A stretch of 16,860 nt of DNA from an uncultured Pseudomonadota bacterium (GTDB lineage Bacteria > Pseudomonadota > Alphaproteobacteria > UBA9219). The notes below the pieces were generated by a model. It was not told where the DNA came from, did no database searches, and saw only the letters and a program-made list of their open reading frames with translations. Of the stretch, positions 16,016-16,860 are shown piece by piece (the stretch's first letter is position 1; every line of letters starts with the position of its first letter). Made by a program: the position numbers and the translations under genes. The stretch is from the NCBI GenBank assembly GCA_903875345.1, contig CAIQVS010000114.1, positions 1 through 16,860 on the forward strand. The letters run 5' to 3'.

Positions 16016-16860
16016 GACTTTCTCCTGTATCTGAGGAGGACGAGCGGTCGCGTTCAGCGAATCCGGCTTTCGATCCCCCGTTGTTTTTCTGATGACTTCT
16101 CTTTGTCTTTCAGTGGGTTGGGCGCAGATCGAACGTCATGACGCACTTGCGACATGAACGGATTGCGCCGTCAGCCATCGAAGCGACACAGGAGGTCCCG
16201 TCGCCGGTGAATCCGCGTATTTTGGTTTGATGCGAGGGCAGGGGAACCGACGTCCAATGACCCCAGTGATATGCCCGGCCCTTATGCCGTAGCGCAGCAT
16301 GACACGACCCGATGACAGTCAGATGGTGCCGGGTGATGCGCTTCGTATATCTGGATGTGGTGGGGGGGATCGCCAAACGCTCAGAACCGCCATGTCAGCG
16401 TGGCGAATGAAGCTGCTTCCGTGAAATCTCCGGATCGGGCGACGAACAACCCGATGGAACCGGTCAACAACGGCAATAAGGGTAAGCATAATAAATCACC
16501 CCAGTGAGCCAAGGCGCAGCAGCTTCTTGTCGAAGCGCAAGGAGCGACCTCGGCGGATTGTTACACAAACGCAAGTACGAAGCAGGGCTTGGCCGGGAGA
16601 TGGGCGCAGACCCCTCACCGGCTCATTCACAGAACGAAGCCAGAAGAATCTCGCACCGATCACGCAGCGAGAGGCACGCCTAGAATTTAGATTCGCGGGG
16701 GATCACCGTGTGCGGGGGAAACAAAAAACAGCCCCTGAAGCAGGCATTCTATCAGTGTCTGTTGATTAAGTATCAGACGATGCCAAGTATTATAGCTAAG
16801 TGACGACATGGCCACCTCTACTTACCGTTTCAGCTTGCATTCCCTCCGACTACGGCCCCA

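Noticed and set aside
16527-16769. 80-aa plus-strand ORF (MSKRKERPRR...)
   Set aside because: Arg-rich random-looking translation in GC-rich DNA with no ribosome-binding site or homology. It is more likely part of a non-coding or pseudogenised region.
16016-16860. tmRNA, RNase P or SRP RNA in the ORF-free tail
   Set aside because: I looked for the tag-ORF ending (GCU GCU UAA-like), the T-loop GGTTCGAnTCC, the RNase P GGAAAGUCCGGGCUCC / GGUGAAA blocks and the SRP GGAAGCAGCCAAGG block, and found none. An Rfam scan is still required.
1-16860. CRISPR arrays or rRNA genes
   Set aside because: No regularly spaced direct repeats and no rRNA-like conserved stretches were seen anywhere in the window.

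Overview
This looks like a chromosomal segment from an alphaproteobacterium (Rhizobiales-like gene order, roughly 55-60% GC with several AT-rich inserts). A conserved housekeeping backbone is readable directly from the translations: methionine aminopeptidase, yacG-maf-infA, DUF2948-murA, dCTP deaminase, a VanX-type D-Ala-D-Ala dipeptidase and tRNA-Thr(GGT). Accessory material is interspersed. The window opens with the last 35 codons and right inverted repeat of an IS66-family element. This is followed by an AT-rich stretch with a small ORF, a nested palindromic element, a GIY-YIG (UPF0213) protein, a Sel1-repeat protein and a tandem pair of paralogous proteins of unknown family that sit immediately upstream of map. 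An AT-rich 343-aa hypothetical gene follows map. Further on are a DinD/Bro-N-like protein translationally overlapping dcd, an unannotated 46-aa basic ORF, and a 627-aa polytopic (GT-C-like) membrane protein diverging from vanX across an 11-bp perfect hairpin. Directly 3' of tRNA-Thr is an AT-rich islet with a 20-bp perfect palindrome and a P-loop NTPase. This gene is convergent with an SPFH/band-7 protein that carries a long N-terminal extension. The final ~850 bp has normal GC but no convincing ORF. No CRISPR array or rRNA was seen. The likeliest novel candidates are the tRNA-Thr islet (palindrome + NTPase + SPFH + ORF-free tail) and the tandem paralog pair, but all functional ideas for them are inference.
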